DNA from: Chloropicon primus
Lineage: Eukaryota
Length of the DNA: 64,000 nt
Direction: 5' to 3'
NCBI GenBank assembly: GCA_023205875.1
Contig: CP060758.1
Location: 248,001-312,000, forward strand
The notes under the pieces are model-generated. The model saw only the letters and a program-made list of their open reading frames with translations. It did not search any database and was not told where the DNA came from. Of this stretch, positions 27,559-38,220 are shown piece by piece. Position 1 is the first letter of the stretch. Each line of letters starts with the position of its first letter. The position numbers and the translations under genes were made by a program.

Positions 27559-30003
27559 ATGAGTTCTCCACGTCATTCTCGTGCCGTGCTGTGTCTCCTT
27601 GCCATCGCGTTGGCTTCCGTTACAATGGCGGGCAGGTTCGCAGCAGCGGAGGAAGGAGGAAGCAAGGAGAGGCTATGGTCATGGGGGTTGAACAACGCCG
27701 GGCAGCTTGGGGTGGTTGACTTGGAGAACAGGTTCGAGCCCACGCTGGTGAGAGTTATCCAGGGAAAGGAAGTGTCAGGCTTGGCAGTCGGGGGGAGCGA
27801 CAGGAAGGAGAGTCACGTTCTGGCCCTCGTGTTCGGGACCAAGCTCTACGCTTTTGGGGACAACTCTCAGGGTCAGCTCGGCGTCGGGGATAACCTGGAC
27901 AGGGAGGGTCTGGCGCCGCTGCCGAGCGTGTTTGCCAACGACTTCGTGGGAATATCAAGCGGGGAGTCTCACAGCATCGCGGTGACGAGGGAAGGGGAGG
28001 TCTTCGTCTGGGGAAGCAACGAGCACGGTCAACTGGGCTTGAACCTTGCGTCCGGCTCGCGGTCCACGGCCACCGTGCCCGAGAGGCTCAAGGGCGAACC
28101 GTTCGGCCCTGGAAGCAAAGTCGTGGGCGTGGCGTGTGGATCTTGGCACTCCTTTGCGTGGCTGGAGAGCGGGGAACTGTTTGCCTGGGGCGACAACTCC
28201 TACGGCCAGCTGGGCATCGGCAGCAGCAAGAAGTCGGTCTCGGGGCCCGTGAAGGTGAAGCTCCCCTTGGCCGGCGGAGAGACGGTCAGGTCCATCTCCT
28301 CCGGTGGGACGCACAACCTGCTCTTGACGACCGGGGGGAAGGTGTACGCTTGGGGCAAGAACGATTACAGTCAGCTGGGCTTGGGCAAAAACGCTGGGAG
28401 CGGAAGCGTGCACGAGCCGACCCTCGTCAAGGGCCTCGGCCGAGGAGTCTCCGTGCAAAAAGTTGTGGCTGGACAGACTTTTGGTGCATTGCTCACGACC
28501 AAGGGAGAGGTGTACGCCTTTGGAGACAACAGCGCACTTCAGTTGGGGTCGAAGCTGAGCTCCGCTGTCCAAAAAGAGCCCAAGGTCATGCCCTCGGATG
28601 CCAAGTTCAAGGATCTGAGTTGCGGGAAGCTTCACTGCTTGGCGGCAACGACGGAGGGACTGGTGTTCGTGTGGGGGACCGATTCGTACGGCCAGCTCGG
28701 CCTGGGGGCTTCCAAGAGGTCCCTGGGCGTGGACAAGCCGGAGAGGGTGGGAGGCCTGGAGAGCATCGCAAAGGTGTTCGCGAGCGCAACGGGCTCCTAC
28801 GCGGTCTCTGCCAGGGGCGAGCTGTACGCTTGGGGGAAGAACAATGCTGGCCAGCTTGGCATCAGGTCGACGAAAAACCCAAAGTCGGAGCCCGAAACCG
28901 TCGTCGAGGTGAGCGAGGGCTCGCGGATCAAGAGCATGTCCGCGGGAGGCCACGCCTTTCAGTACGAGGGCCATTCGGCGGTGATCATGTCGAGCGGGGA
29001 AGTGTACACCTGGGGTTGGAACTTCTTCGCTCAGTTGGGCAACGGCGAGTCGGAGTCCAGGCAAGGCATCCCCCACGCCATACCGTGGCTCGCAAGGTTG
29101 AACCTCACCTCGATCGCTTGCGGACAGTTTTCCACCGCGGCGGTCACGGAGGAAGGCGAGCTTTACATGTGGGGCTCGAACGAAGCGGGGCAGCTCGGGA
29201 GGGGAGACTTTGCGGTGACCACGTCCGATCCGATCAAGATTCCGATCCAAGGCAAAGTCAAGGCGGTGTCCATTGGGTACGGGCACGTTCTCGCCGTGAC
29301 GACGGAGGGCAAGGTGTTCTCCTGGGGAAAGAATTTTTATGGCCAGCTCGGGGTGGGTGACCACAGGGACAAGGCCACCCCGCAGCCCGTGACTCACTTG
29401 CAGGAGGAGACGGTCGTGGATGTCAGCGCCGGGCAGTACCACTCCCTTGCGCTGACTGCCAAGGGGGGCGTGTTCGCATGGGGCTACAACAGGGAGTACG
29501 AGTTGGGCCTGAATGACAACATGGACAGGGTCCTGCCTCAGGGCGTGACGACCTTGAGGAACAGGAAAATCTCCCAAGTGTCTGCTGGGAGCTACCACAA
29601 TCTCGCCTTGGCGGAGGACGGGAGCATCTTGTCGTGGGGGCTCAACAACTACGAGCAGCTGGGGCGGGTAGCAGACAAGTACGGCAAGTTTCCAGGTTCC
29701 GTCTCCGTCACGGCCACGCCGAGCAAGGAGCACCAGGGCGGCAGAAAGGTCAGGGCCACGAAAGTTGCCGCGGGGGGCTGGCACTCGCTCGCCCTGGGGG
29801 AGGATGGCCACGTCTACTCCTGGGGCCGGTGTCATTTCGGCCAAGTGGGCTCCAGGTGCGACGCGGACGGCAGCAACACCAAGGGAGTTCAGACGTTTCC
29901 AGCGAGGGTTGTACAACTAGAAGGTATGAGAGCCACCGGGATCGCAGCTGGGGCTGCACACTCCATGGCCATCACGGCGGCGGCGGAGGAGGAAGAGCGA
30001 TGA
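27559..30003 (+). CDS. RCC1-repeat beta-propeller protein with predicted signal peptide
   Basis: About 14 repeats of WGxNxxGQLG...SxGxxHS; hydrophobic N-terminus AVLCLLAIALASVTMA; ATG at 27559. Confidence 0.88.
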   Translation: MSSPRHSRAVLCLLAIALASVTMAGRFAAAEEGGSKERLWSWGLNNAGQLGVVDLENRFEPTLVRVIQGKEVSGLAVGGSDRKESHVLALVFGTKLYAFGDNSQGQLGVGDNLDREGLAPLPSVFANDFVGISSGESHSIAVTREGEVFVWGSNEHGQLGLNLASGSRSTATVPERLKGEPFGPGSKVVGVACGSWHSFAWLESGELFAWGDNSYGQLGIGSSKKSVSGPVKVKLPLAGGETVRSISSGGTHNLLLTTGGKVYAWGKNDYSQLGLGKNAGSGSVHEPTLVKGLGRGVSVQKVVAGQTFGALLTTKGEVYAFGDNSALQLGSKLSSAVQKEPKVMPSDAKFKDLSCGKLHCLAATTEGLVFVWGTDSYGQLGLGASKRSLGVDKPERVGGLESIAKVFASATGSYAVSARGELYAWGKNNAGQLGIRSTKNPKSEPETVVEVSEGSRIKSMSAGGHAFQYEGHSAVIMSSGEVYTWGWNFFAQLGNGESESRQGIPHAIPWLARLNLTSIACGQFSTAAVTEEGELYMWGSNEAGQLGRGDFAVTTSDPIKIPIQGKVKAVSIGYGHVLAVTTEGKVFSWGKNFYGQLGVGDHRDKATPQPVTHLQEETVVDVSAGQYHSLALTAKGGVFAWGYNREYELGLNDNMDRVLPQGVTTLRNRKISQVSAGSYHNLALAEDGSILSWGLNNYEQLGRVADKYGKFPGSVSVTATPSKEHQGGRKVRATKVAAGGWHSLALGEDGHVYSWGRCHFGQVGSRCDADGSNTKGVQTFPARVVQLEGMRATGIAAGAAHSMAITAAAEEEER

Positions 30004-30108
30004 AGAGATCGATGAAGGGGGAAGGAAGCGGAGGATCTCGACGAAACTAAATATCTGAGAATGATCCTGAATTTTTTGTGGGCTTTCTTTAGGGACGTTA
30101 CGATTGTC

Positions 30109-31770
30109 TTACGATTGCTGTGCTTGTTGGATTCCAGCGAGCTTGAACAGCTCGGCGGGCGGCCAGCTAGGGAACGGGTCATTCAGGTAGTTCACTCCGA
30201 GCTTCCAAGCGTGCTCCTCAAAGTAGTCCGAGGACGTGTCGACCTCTTCCTCGTTCTTTGCGGTGTCCAGCTGGTCGAGCCGCTTCATGATCTCATCCAC
30301 GTCCTTGGTGCCGTGTCTGGACAGGTACGAGGCGGCCTTCTGCCTACTCAAGAGGTCGTCCTTCTTCTTGGTTTCCGACCGCTTGATCAGGCAGGCGTCC
30401 AGAGCCTTCGTGATGGCCTCCTGGTTGAGGTTCTGCCCAATGAACACGATCTCTTGCCGCTTGTCCTGAAGGACGGGGCCCTGCCACAGCTCTATCGCCC
30501 TCTCGTACTGCTTGGACCCCTCCGGCGGCCAATTGTCCTTGGGGAGAAAGCCCATCCAGAACCCGAGGCACGAGAAGTCCCCGACGCCTCCGGCTTGGGA
30601 CCACCCTCCGATCAGGTGGTCGCGCCCGGCGAGCCAGAGGCAGCCCTTGGACCGCAAGATGTGCCCGAACTTCTTCTGCATCCGCGCTTGCCTGACTTGC
30701 TGCCTCACCTCGAACGCGCGCTCCCCCCCCTTGGTCTTCACCTCCATGGCCTGGTCCTCGATCTTCACGAAGAAGTGATCGTTCAGGAAGAAGGCCAGGC
30801 GGGCCGGGTGGAAGGGCGTCCGGGCCTTGTACACGAAGCTGTGGATGCCGTACTCCTCGGTCTCGGGCACGTCCTCGTCCTCTATCAGTTGCATCCAGCC
30901 GGCCGCGTTCACGGCCTTCTCCATGTCAAAGAGGCCGGTGCAGAGAACCGAGGAGAGGGGAACGTCCCCCCTCAGCGCCCTAGTGATCCTGGCGCCCGGG
31001 TTCAGGGCCCTGACGGCGTCCTCGACGTCGTCAGCCTCCTTCGGGCTCACCAGATCGCACTTGCTCAACACAATCACGTCGGCGAACTCGATCTGCTGCG
31101 TCAGCAGAGGGCCCACGGATCGGTTGTCATCCTTCTCCACGGAGTCCTTGAACTGCTCCCGCATCTCGGCAGCCGTCCCCATGTTCGCCTTGAAGCCCGC
31201 CACGTCCACCATCGTGACGCAGGTGTCCAATCTCGCCACCTCGTTCAGCGTCCTCTTCCCCCTCAGCGCCTTGACGATGGCGTCCAGCTGGGCGGTCGCA
31301 GGGTTCTCGATGGTCTCCACCTCCCCCCGCTTGATCTCGGACTCGGGGCTGACGTCCGCCAGGAAGGTGTCCGCGACCTCGCGAGGCAGGGAGACTCCGG
31401 TAGACTCCACGATGATCGCATCGTAGCGGTTGCTGTCGTCGTGGACGAGATCGGCGAGGGATTTGACTAAATCTTCGCGAAGGGTGCAGCAGATGCATCC
31501 GTTGTGCAGCTCGACGAGTTTCTCGTCCGTTTCCAGCAGCTTGGTCCCCTGAATCAGGCTCGCATCCACGTTGATCTCCGCCATGTCGTTCACAAGGACA
31601 GCCACCTTGTACCTCCTCGCCTTCTTCGCGTCGTCATCACCTTCACCTTCCTTCGCGTGGTGGCACTGCTCTAAGATGCTCTTCAGCAAAGTCGTCTTGC
31701 CCGCACCGAGGAAGCCCGACAAGAGGGTCACGGGGACGGGGTTGTTAAACTCCGTTCTTTCCGTCGCCAT
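30109..31770 (-). CDS. CobW/COG0523 metal-chaperone GTPase
   Basis: PVTLLSGFLGAGKTTLL, VNDMAEINVDA, ELHNGCICCTLREDL, ESTG, QIEFAD, PFHPARL, LRSKG, RQEIVFIG. Confidence 0.93.
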   Translation of the reverse strand: MATERTEFNNPVPVTLLSGFLGAGKTTLLKSILEQCHHAKEGEGDDDAKKARRYKVAVLVNDMAEINVDASLIQGTKLLETDEKLVELHNGCICCTLREDLVKSLADLVHDDSNRYDAIIVESTGVSLPREVADTFLADVSPESEIKRGEVETIENPATAQLDAIVKALRGKRTLNEVARLDTCVTMVDVAGFKANMGTAAEMREQFKDSVEKDDNRSVGPLLTQQIEFADVIVLSKCDLVSPKEADDVEDAVRALNPGARITRALRGDVPLSSVLCTGLFDMEKAVNAAGWMQLIEDEDVPETEEYGIHSFVYKARTPFHPARLAFFLNDHFFVKIEDQAMEVKTKGGERAFEVRQQVRQARMQKKFGHILRSKGCLWLAGRDHLIGGWSQAGGVGDFSCLGFWMGFLPKDNWPPEGSKQYERAIELWQGPVLQDKRQEIVFIGQNLNQEAITKALDACLIKRSETKKKDDLLSRQKAASYLSRHGTKDVDEIMKRLDQLDTAKNEEEVDTSSDYFEEHAWKLGVNYLNDPFPSWPPAELFKLAGIQQAQQS

Positions 31771-32155
31771 CGCAAGAGGGTGGAGGAGGATCCCGTCCCG
31801 TCTCTCTCGTGGCAAAGGCAGAAGCAAGCTTTTTGGACACCAAAGGGTCAATGGAACGAGACGAAAAGTGGCGACGTCACGCGTGTTCACGAAGCCAGAC
31901 CTTACTCCACCCCTGCAGATGACAACAGATGACGATGGGCGGGAGTCGAGCCTCCGCCCCTCCGTGATCCCCCGACTCCCGCCATCGCCATCTGTTGTCA
32001 TCTGCAGGTTTTTTGAGAGAGATCCATGGAGCATGCCGAGCCGAGGTGGAGGCCAAGGAGTGGAGGTTGACATCTTCTCTTCTCATCCTCATCTCTTGTC
32101 TTCTTCTCTTGTCTTCTTCTCTTCTCTTGTCTTCTCTGCTGGCCTCCTGTGGTGA

Positions 32156-32379
32156 TGGTGATGATGATGGAGGTGGAGGCTCAACCGGGTTGTCCGGATC
32201 CCAAGCGACGAGGGTGCGTCGTGTGCGATGACCAGGAGCAGCAGGTCCTTCCAAGGAACGGGGGACTCACCAGGAAGAGGGGGGCTGGAACGCTTTCCCC
32301 CGGGACGGACATGATGGACGTCGACGGTGGTGGTGATGTTGTTGCTGGGGGCAGGCCGAAGAAGAGAGTTTTGCTGTGA
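32156..32379 (+). CDS. Possible small hypothetical protein (start uncertain)
   Basis: Short ORF with CVVC and a C-terminal RPKKR, ending in the short AT-rich gap convergent with VMP1, like other gene pairs here. No family recognised. Confidence 0.25.
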
Positions 32380-32428
32380 GTCTTAAAAAAATGTTTGCGG
32401 CCCGCGCGTGTGTATTACAAAGAGTAAG

Positions 32429-33398
32429 TCAGTCTTCCTTGACCGCTCTGGTGATCTCCACCTCGTCCTGCTCTGCCTTGTACTGCTTAGCCAGCTGCTC
32501 GATGCAGCTGACTACAAAAATAATTACAAGGGCGCTCTGGAGGTAGGAGAGCATCCCCCTTCCCCCTCCTCCCGGTGCACCTCCCGACGCCCCGCCCCCC
32601 CTTTGGACGTTCTCGACCCCCCTCAAGATGGCGTCGCTGAGGAGGTCACCCAGATTCTCTTCCTTGCCCAGGAGCGGCACCGGCATCACCAGGGTGTTTC
32701 GAAGGTACGTCAGGATCACGTTGCGCGAAGACTCCCTGAAGAGAACCAGGAAGACTGTGCACTGCATGTGAACCTTGATGCAAGCCTTCCCCAGCACGAG
32801 GCCGACGAAGAACGTCCAGAACGGCATGAGGAAGTGGCCGCAGGCCATCCCGCACATATCGAACGCCGCGTTGGGCCACGCGGAGAGGAGCACAACGGCC
32901 GCGAGCCCGTGCCTCTCCACAAGCCTGAGCATCCACTCCAGCCAGGAGGCCATGTACCGCGAGAGGGCGTTCTTCTCTCCGCTGCTGCTCTGGTTCGTGA
33001 AGGCCTCCTCAAAGTCCTTGTTCTTTTTTCCCGCTGCGCTCGCAGAGTAGCACAGGGCGTAAGGCGGAATCTCGCCGATCGCCGTGCCCAAGCCCCAAAG
33101 AAAGCACTCGAGGGTCACCTTCTTCCACAGAGAGAAGTGTCCCACTTCTTGATCTGCTGCTTTTACATCTATTCTACACAAGAAAGCTTCCTCGCCCCGG
33201 GTACCCCACATGTCGCTGTACGACTCGAACTGAGTGTGGCCGCACTTCTCCACGGCAGTGACGACCCTAAATACGTGCGGCCACAAGAAGAGCAAGCCGG
33301 AGTGCATGCCGGTCCCCAAGCCTATCGAGCTGAGTATCCCCAGGCCAACCCACCAGGAAACAAAACCCACGGCAGTCTTGGGACGAGAGATCCCGGAC

Positions 33399-33462
<64 letters not shown>

Positions 33463-34180
33463 AGAACAAGGAGGGAGGTCAAGAGTCAGTTCCCCTCCCA
33501 TTCCCCTCGCGGCATTCCCTTCGATCCCACCCTCGCTCCAGCCACTCACCTCGATCGAGTCCGACCTGTCCGTGACTTTCAAGCCCGCATAGCCTGTCAA
33601 ACACAGTATGGCTCCGAGCCAAACTATTCTTGTATGATACGTGTTCCTCACCCCCGTTATGATGAGCTTCCACACCATCAGGTTGAAGTAATACAGCGTC
33701 TTTATCGGCTTCCTCAAGATGGACAGAGACTTTCGCTCCGCTTCGAGGTTCTGACTCAGCTTCCTTATCCGCTGGTACTGTGCTCGTCGACGTTGTCGTA
33801 ATGGACACAAGGATAGAGAGAGGAGTCAATGCAAAAACGAGTCCCAGAGGAAGACGAAAAGCGAGTCGGTTTGTCAGAAACACTTCGCAGGCTTCGAGTG
33901 GACCTCCCCTCCGCCCCTTCCGCTTCCTTCCACGCCTCCCTCTCGCGCGTCGGAGACCCTCGAACGACCTCACAGGGTTCCTCTCCTCCACGGAACACCT
34001 CCTCGTCCATTCGTTCGCCTCTCCTCTTCCACGAGATGGAAGCGAAGCGAGGCGAGGTTTCCCAAGCATGGCGAGGCGAGGAGAGCGGGATGGAATGAAC
34101 GTCTCGGTGGCGATGACAGCGGATCTGTGCCTTACCTTCCTCGGCGTGAGGGCCCTCCTCATGCTGTCCAGCCTTTCCAT
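32429..34180 (-). CDS. VMP1: Vacuole membrane protein 1 (VMP1/KMS1); introns 33778-34135 and 33377-33549
   Basis: WWVGLGILSSIGLGTGMHSGLLFLWPH, WGLGTAIGEIPPY, WPNAAFDMCGMACGHFLMPFWTFF; GT-AG junctions join the three frames in phase 0. Confidence 0.9.
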
Positions 34181-34532
34181 TGCGTCTTCCACCTCAAGCG
34201 TCCTCGCTCGTTTGCTCTCACCAGCGATCACACGAGGATTCTAAACATTTGCTAAATCTGATGTAATATGGAATATGGCTTCGAACCAAGGACGAGATGG
34301 AGACGGAGACGAGGTGACGAGGAGGGAGGGGTCCGTGGATGAAAGGGGAAGAGAGGTCTCGCCCCGAGTGGATTAGGTCATTGTCCTCCGCTCTCTTTGC
34401 ATTCTTTCTCCAACCCCCCATCCCCCCCGTGTGTGGTGAAGGGAAGAGCTCGGCGGTGACCAAGTTGCCGGAAGTTTACATAGAAAGCCAGAGTCCACGG
34501 GAAGCGTCCGTGCTGTGTGATTACAAGAATAG

Positions 34533-35473
34533 TTACAGGCTCCAATCGTTGTTGATTCCGGAGCCCAAGCAGAGAGTGAGGCCCACCATGAAGGCGGCAT
34601 AAAATAGGTGCTTGAGTCCCGTGAGGAGCGGGTGGAAGAAACGAGAAAACGTTGGAGTCTCCCTCGCGAGAACGAACTCCAGGTAGGTGCCGCAAGCGTA
34701 GATGCAGCAGGCCACAAGGGCTGCCATGGTGGCGATTTGGTGCACCCTGCGAGGGAGCGAGCGAGAGGTAGGGGGCGTCAGTAACGTCATTGGAGCGAGC
34801 TCAAGGCGCGCCGTACTTACAAGTTCAAGGCGAGGCCCAGGAAGAAGACGTTCACCAGCCAGGGGAAGACGGGCACGAGGGCTCCGAAAGCGAAGGAGGC
34901 GCTGCACACGCACGTGCAAACGTACGACTTGGCAAAGTACTTCATGCTCATCGCCGTGCTTCCGGTCCCCGCGGCGACGCCCACGAGGGAGGAGAGGACG
35001 ACGCGCCTGTTCTGGTCCTCCTCCATCTCCAGCTTCAAGAGGTTGTGGGCGATGTTCCCCACGACGAGGGAAGTGGAGAAGGCCAGGCCGGCGAGGGCGA
35101 AAAGGCAGACGAAGAACCAGACCCCGTACTTGCGGCCGTTCACGTTGTACAAGGAGGAGGGCGCGGGCTCCGCGCTCCAGAGCGACCTTCCCTTCCCACC
35201 CTCCCCGCTCCCCTTCTTTGCCTTCATCTTCATCCCCTCCTCCAAGAGCGGAGAGGCCGGGCTTCCGAGGAGAGGGACCCTCTCGCTCGCCGCGGGGTTC
35301 TCCATCAGAAGGTCGTCGTCCACCTGCCTCGTGGGCGAGAAATCTCTCGTCAGGACTTTGCCATTTGTCTTGCTGCTCTTCTCCTCCGAGTTCCTTCCCT
35401 TCAAGAATATCTTCAAGCCCTGGAGCGGGGACGAAAGAAGCTTCGCCACGTCTGATGGTGTCAACGCCGTCAT
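34533..35473 (-). CDS. Hypothetical multi-pass membrane protein (2 exons; intron ~34747-34820)
   Basis: TT|GTAAGT...CGCAG|G joins two hydrophobic ORFs in frame; about 5-6 TM segments; family not recognised. Confidence 0.6.
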
Positions 35474-35819
35474 GCTGCCGCCGCGCCGTCTTCGCTCACT
35501 CCTCACACCTGTGACATGCCACCAGCACAAAGCAGAGAGCAGAGCAGAGAGGACATCATCCGGCGCCTCGGGTCGTTAGTCCAGTCTCGAGCACCAAATC
35601 TTTCGAGTGAGGGACGTGTGGAAAGATCGTGAGACACGCTTTCCATCCATTGAGACAAAACCAACAAGAAAGGCGCGACACAAGGCCAAGTACGCGAGAA
35701 CAAAACGCGTCGACCCGACTCCCGACTCACCTTCCCCTATTGTCTGCAGAGCTTCGTGAAAATTTTTTCAAATTCATTCCACGAGTGTAAAGGGAGTGCA
35801 AACCGAGAGGTTTGAACGT

Positions 35820-36125
35820 TTGCCACAATGGCGTCCACCCTTGGCCGAGACTGTGCGATCGGTAGGCACAGGGCGAGACTACGCCTCAAGGGCTTTCCGT
35901 TCGTACCTCGATCTCCCCCATTGGCTCGCCCTCTCGTCCCCGCAGGGTCTAGGCAAGTGCATGCCAAGGATGCAAATCAGGATTCTCCTGGTGGTTTTCC
36001 TTCCCTTCTTGCCACAATGGCGTCCACCCTTGGCCGAGACTGTGCGATCGGTAGGCACAGGGCGAGACTACGCCTCAAGGGCTTTCCGTTCGTACCTCGA
36101 TCTCCCCCATTGGCTCGCCCTCTCG
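35820..36125. repeat. Exact 117-bp direct repeat x2 (35820-35936 and 36009-36125), 72-bp spacer
   Basis: Both copies read TTGCCACAATGGCGTCC...GGCTCGCCCTCTCG; offset 189 bp. Confidence 0.95.
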
Positions 36126-36254
36126 CTCTGCAAGTGATGCGGTTGTCCCACGCTCCGGCTCCTGTGGCCCTGGAAGGTCCAAGATGATGCCAGGGCGAAT
36201 CTGTGGCTGAGGAGAAGCGTTTGGGCCTCGGAGGAGAGAAAGGGGAAGGGTTTG

Positions 36255-38147
36255 ATGAAGCTTGCGTTAGGGAGGGCGTTGGGACGAGGGAAGGCGGCGA
36301 GGAGGGAGGGAAGGCGATGGACAGTGTCCTCAGGACCGCGGTTCCGTCGCCAGTTTTGGGTCCGGGCGTCCTCGGAGTCGTTCAAAGGAGCATCAGTGGA
36401 AGATTATCTCGCCGGGAGTGTGGATGAGGAGGATGAGACGACGGGGGAGGGGAAGAGGGAGGGGACGGTGGGGTCGGAGGAGTCCGCTCCGGGGCCGGGG
36501 TCGAGCCAATCGAGGGGCGGGGCCAAGGCAGCGCGAGGTGGGAAGGACGAGAGGGGGCACTGGGCACTCAAAGGTTTGAACGAGGTGGAGGCGACGGCTT
36601 TGGGGGTGGAGATACGGCTGCACACGGTGAAGGCTGCGGTGGTGGACGCGAGGACCGGGAACTTTCTGTCGAGGGGGGCGAGCGTGAAGATGGAGAGCTG
36701 CGAGCCGGGGGAGCTGAAGGAGGCCCTGCGGAGGCTCTGCCTGGAGTTCGCTTGGGACGGTCCGGTGGGGTGCAGCGTCACCTTGGCTGTGGCCAAGAGC
36801 TTGGGGGTCGAGGGGACGAGCTTCACGACGGTGGGGAACGGGGTGGGCAAAATTCTCAAGACATTTCTGCCCCGAAACCCCATGGTGACGATGGTGCACA
36901 CCGAGGCGGCGGGGTACGCGGAAATCTCCTTTGAGCGGAGCATGAAAAAGTACTTGGAGAAGGACGAGCTCGTGCTGGTGTGCACCATTGGCAGGAGCCT
37001 CGGGGCCGTGCTGTACAACGGGGGCCACAGGATGAGAAACATGGGGCTTAACAGGTCGATCACGACGACCTACGGGCCGAACCTAACGAAGCTGGAGGAG
37101 AAGTACAAGGACGTGTGGATGAAGGTGAGCAATGCCACGGTCCTGGTTCCCCCGCCTCCCGGCGTGAAGGCCAAGAGCCAGGACAACTACTCCAAGTGGC
37201 CGCAGGTCCCCAGCTTCGGCCAGAGAGGCAAAGACTACTCGGAGTGGCCGAGGGTGGGCGGTGGCATGAATCGGGAGGACGCGTCTTGGCACGAGTGGGT
37301 CAGTATGGTGGATTCTTACCTCATCCAGCTCTCGGACTACGTGAAGCCCAACGCCATCATCCTGATGCCGACTGGGCCCTACACGGCTGGTCCAATTGTG
37401 GAGAGCATGATGCTTGGGCTCAAGGTGCAGCGGGAGAGCGTCAGCAAGCCTGCGGTCATTCCGGTCCCGAGCGCCGTGGGCGCCATAGTGAAGGGGGCCG
37501 CGGTGGGCGCCCTGGTGGAGCTAAGGGTTCAAAAAGCGATGGATACGCTCAGGCAAGCCGTCGGCCAGGACAATATTCAGCTTTCTAAGCTGAGCGAGGA
37601 GCAACTGAGGGCGACTTTTGACTATTTTGACGACAACGGGGACGGCATCGTGACTTCCGAGAAGCTGAGGAACGGCCTCCAAAATCTCGGAAGCTCCCTC
37701 ACGCCAGAGCTGGTCGACAAGAAGCTGGATGGCATGAAAACGTCGACGGAGGGGAAAGTTACGTTCGACGAGTTTAGGCTCTGGTGGACGGAAGTGATCA
37801 ATAAGTCCCCCGTAACGTTCATCACCTCGCCGGTGGAATTCATGGAGATCATAGGGGAGAACAAGCTAGTCCTTCTGCAGGTCGGCTTCAGTTTCTGCAG
37901 GCCTTGCAAGAGGTTCGAGCCCACGTTCGAGGAGTTCGCGGAGCAGCACAAGGATGTGAAGTTCGTGCGCATGAACGGAAACGAGAACGAGGACACGATC
38001 CAATACTGTAAGGACGACCTGCAAGTACGGAAGACGCCAAGTTTCTTTATCTTTAAGAATGGGATGAAGCTCCTCTCCTGGACAGGGGCGAACGAAGAAA
38101 AATTCAAGAGCAGCTTGGACAGAGCAATTAGCGCAATAGAAGTTTAA
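36255..38147 (+). CDS. Fusion: degenerate ROK/polyphosphate-glucokinase-like domain + EF-hands + thioredoxin (calredoxin-like C-terminus)
   Basis: ALGVEIRLHTVKAAVVDARTG, FAWDGPVG, EAAGYAEISF, VCTIGRSLGAVLY (ROK-like); FDYFDDNGDGIVTSEKL and GKVTFDEFRLWW (EF-hands); FCRPCKRFEP, VRKTPSFFIFKNG (Trx); transit-peptide-like N-terminus. Confidence 0.75.
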   Translation: MKLALGRALGRGKAARREGRRWTVSSGPRFRRQFWVRASSESFKGASVEDYLAGSVDEEDETTGEGKREGTVGSEESAPGPGSSQSRGGAKAARGGKDERGHWALKGLNEVEATALGVEIRLHTVKAAVVDARTGNFLSRGASVKMESCEPGELKEALRRLCLEFAWDGPVGCSVTLAVAKSLGVEGTSFTTVGNGVGKILKTFLPRNPMVTMVHTEAAGYAEISFERSMKKYLEKDELVLVCTIGRSLGAVLYNGGHRMRNMGLNRSITTTYGPNLTKLEEKYKDVWMKVSNATVLVPPPPGVKAKSQDNYSKWPQVPSFGQRGKDYSEWPRVGGGMNREDASWHEWVSMVDSYLIQLSDYVKPNAIILMPTGPYTAGPIVESMMLGLKVQRESVSKPAVIPVPSAVGAIVKGAAVGALVELRVQKAMDTLRQAVGQDNIQLSKLSEEQLRATFDYFDDNGDGIVTSEKLRNGLQNLGSSLTPELVDKKLDGMKTSTEGKVTFDEFRLWWTEVINKSPVTFITSPVEFMEIIGENKLVLLQVGFSFCRPCKRFEPTFEEFAEQHKDVKFVRMNGNENEDTIQYCKDDLQVRKTPSFFIFKNGMKLLSWTGANEEKFKSSLDRAISAIEV

Positions 38148-38220
38148 GGCGGCAAGACTAAGCCTCTACAACAAAAAAAGCTTATATATATAAACAATAT
38201 TTATACAAAACATTTTATTC

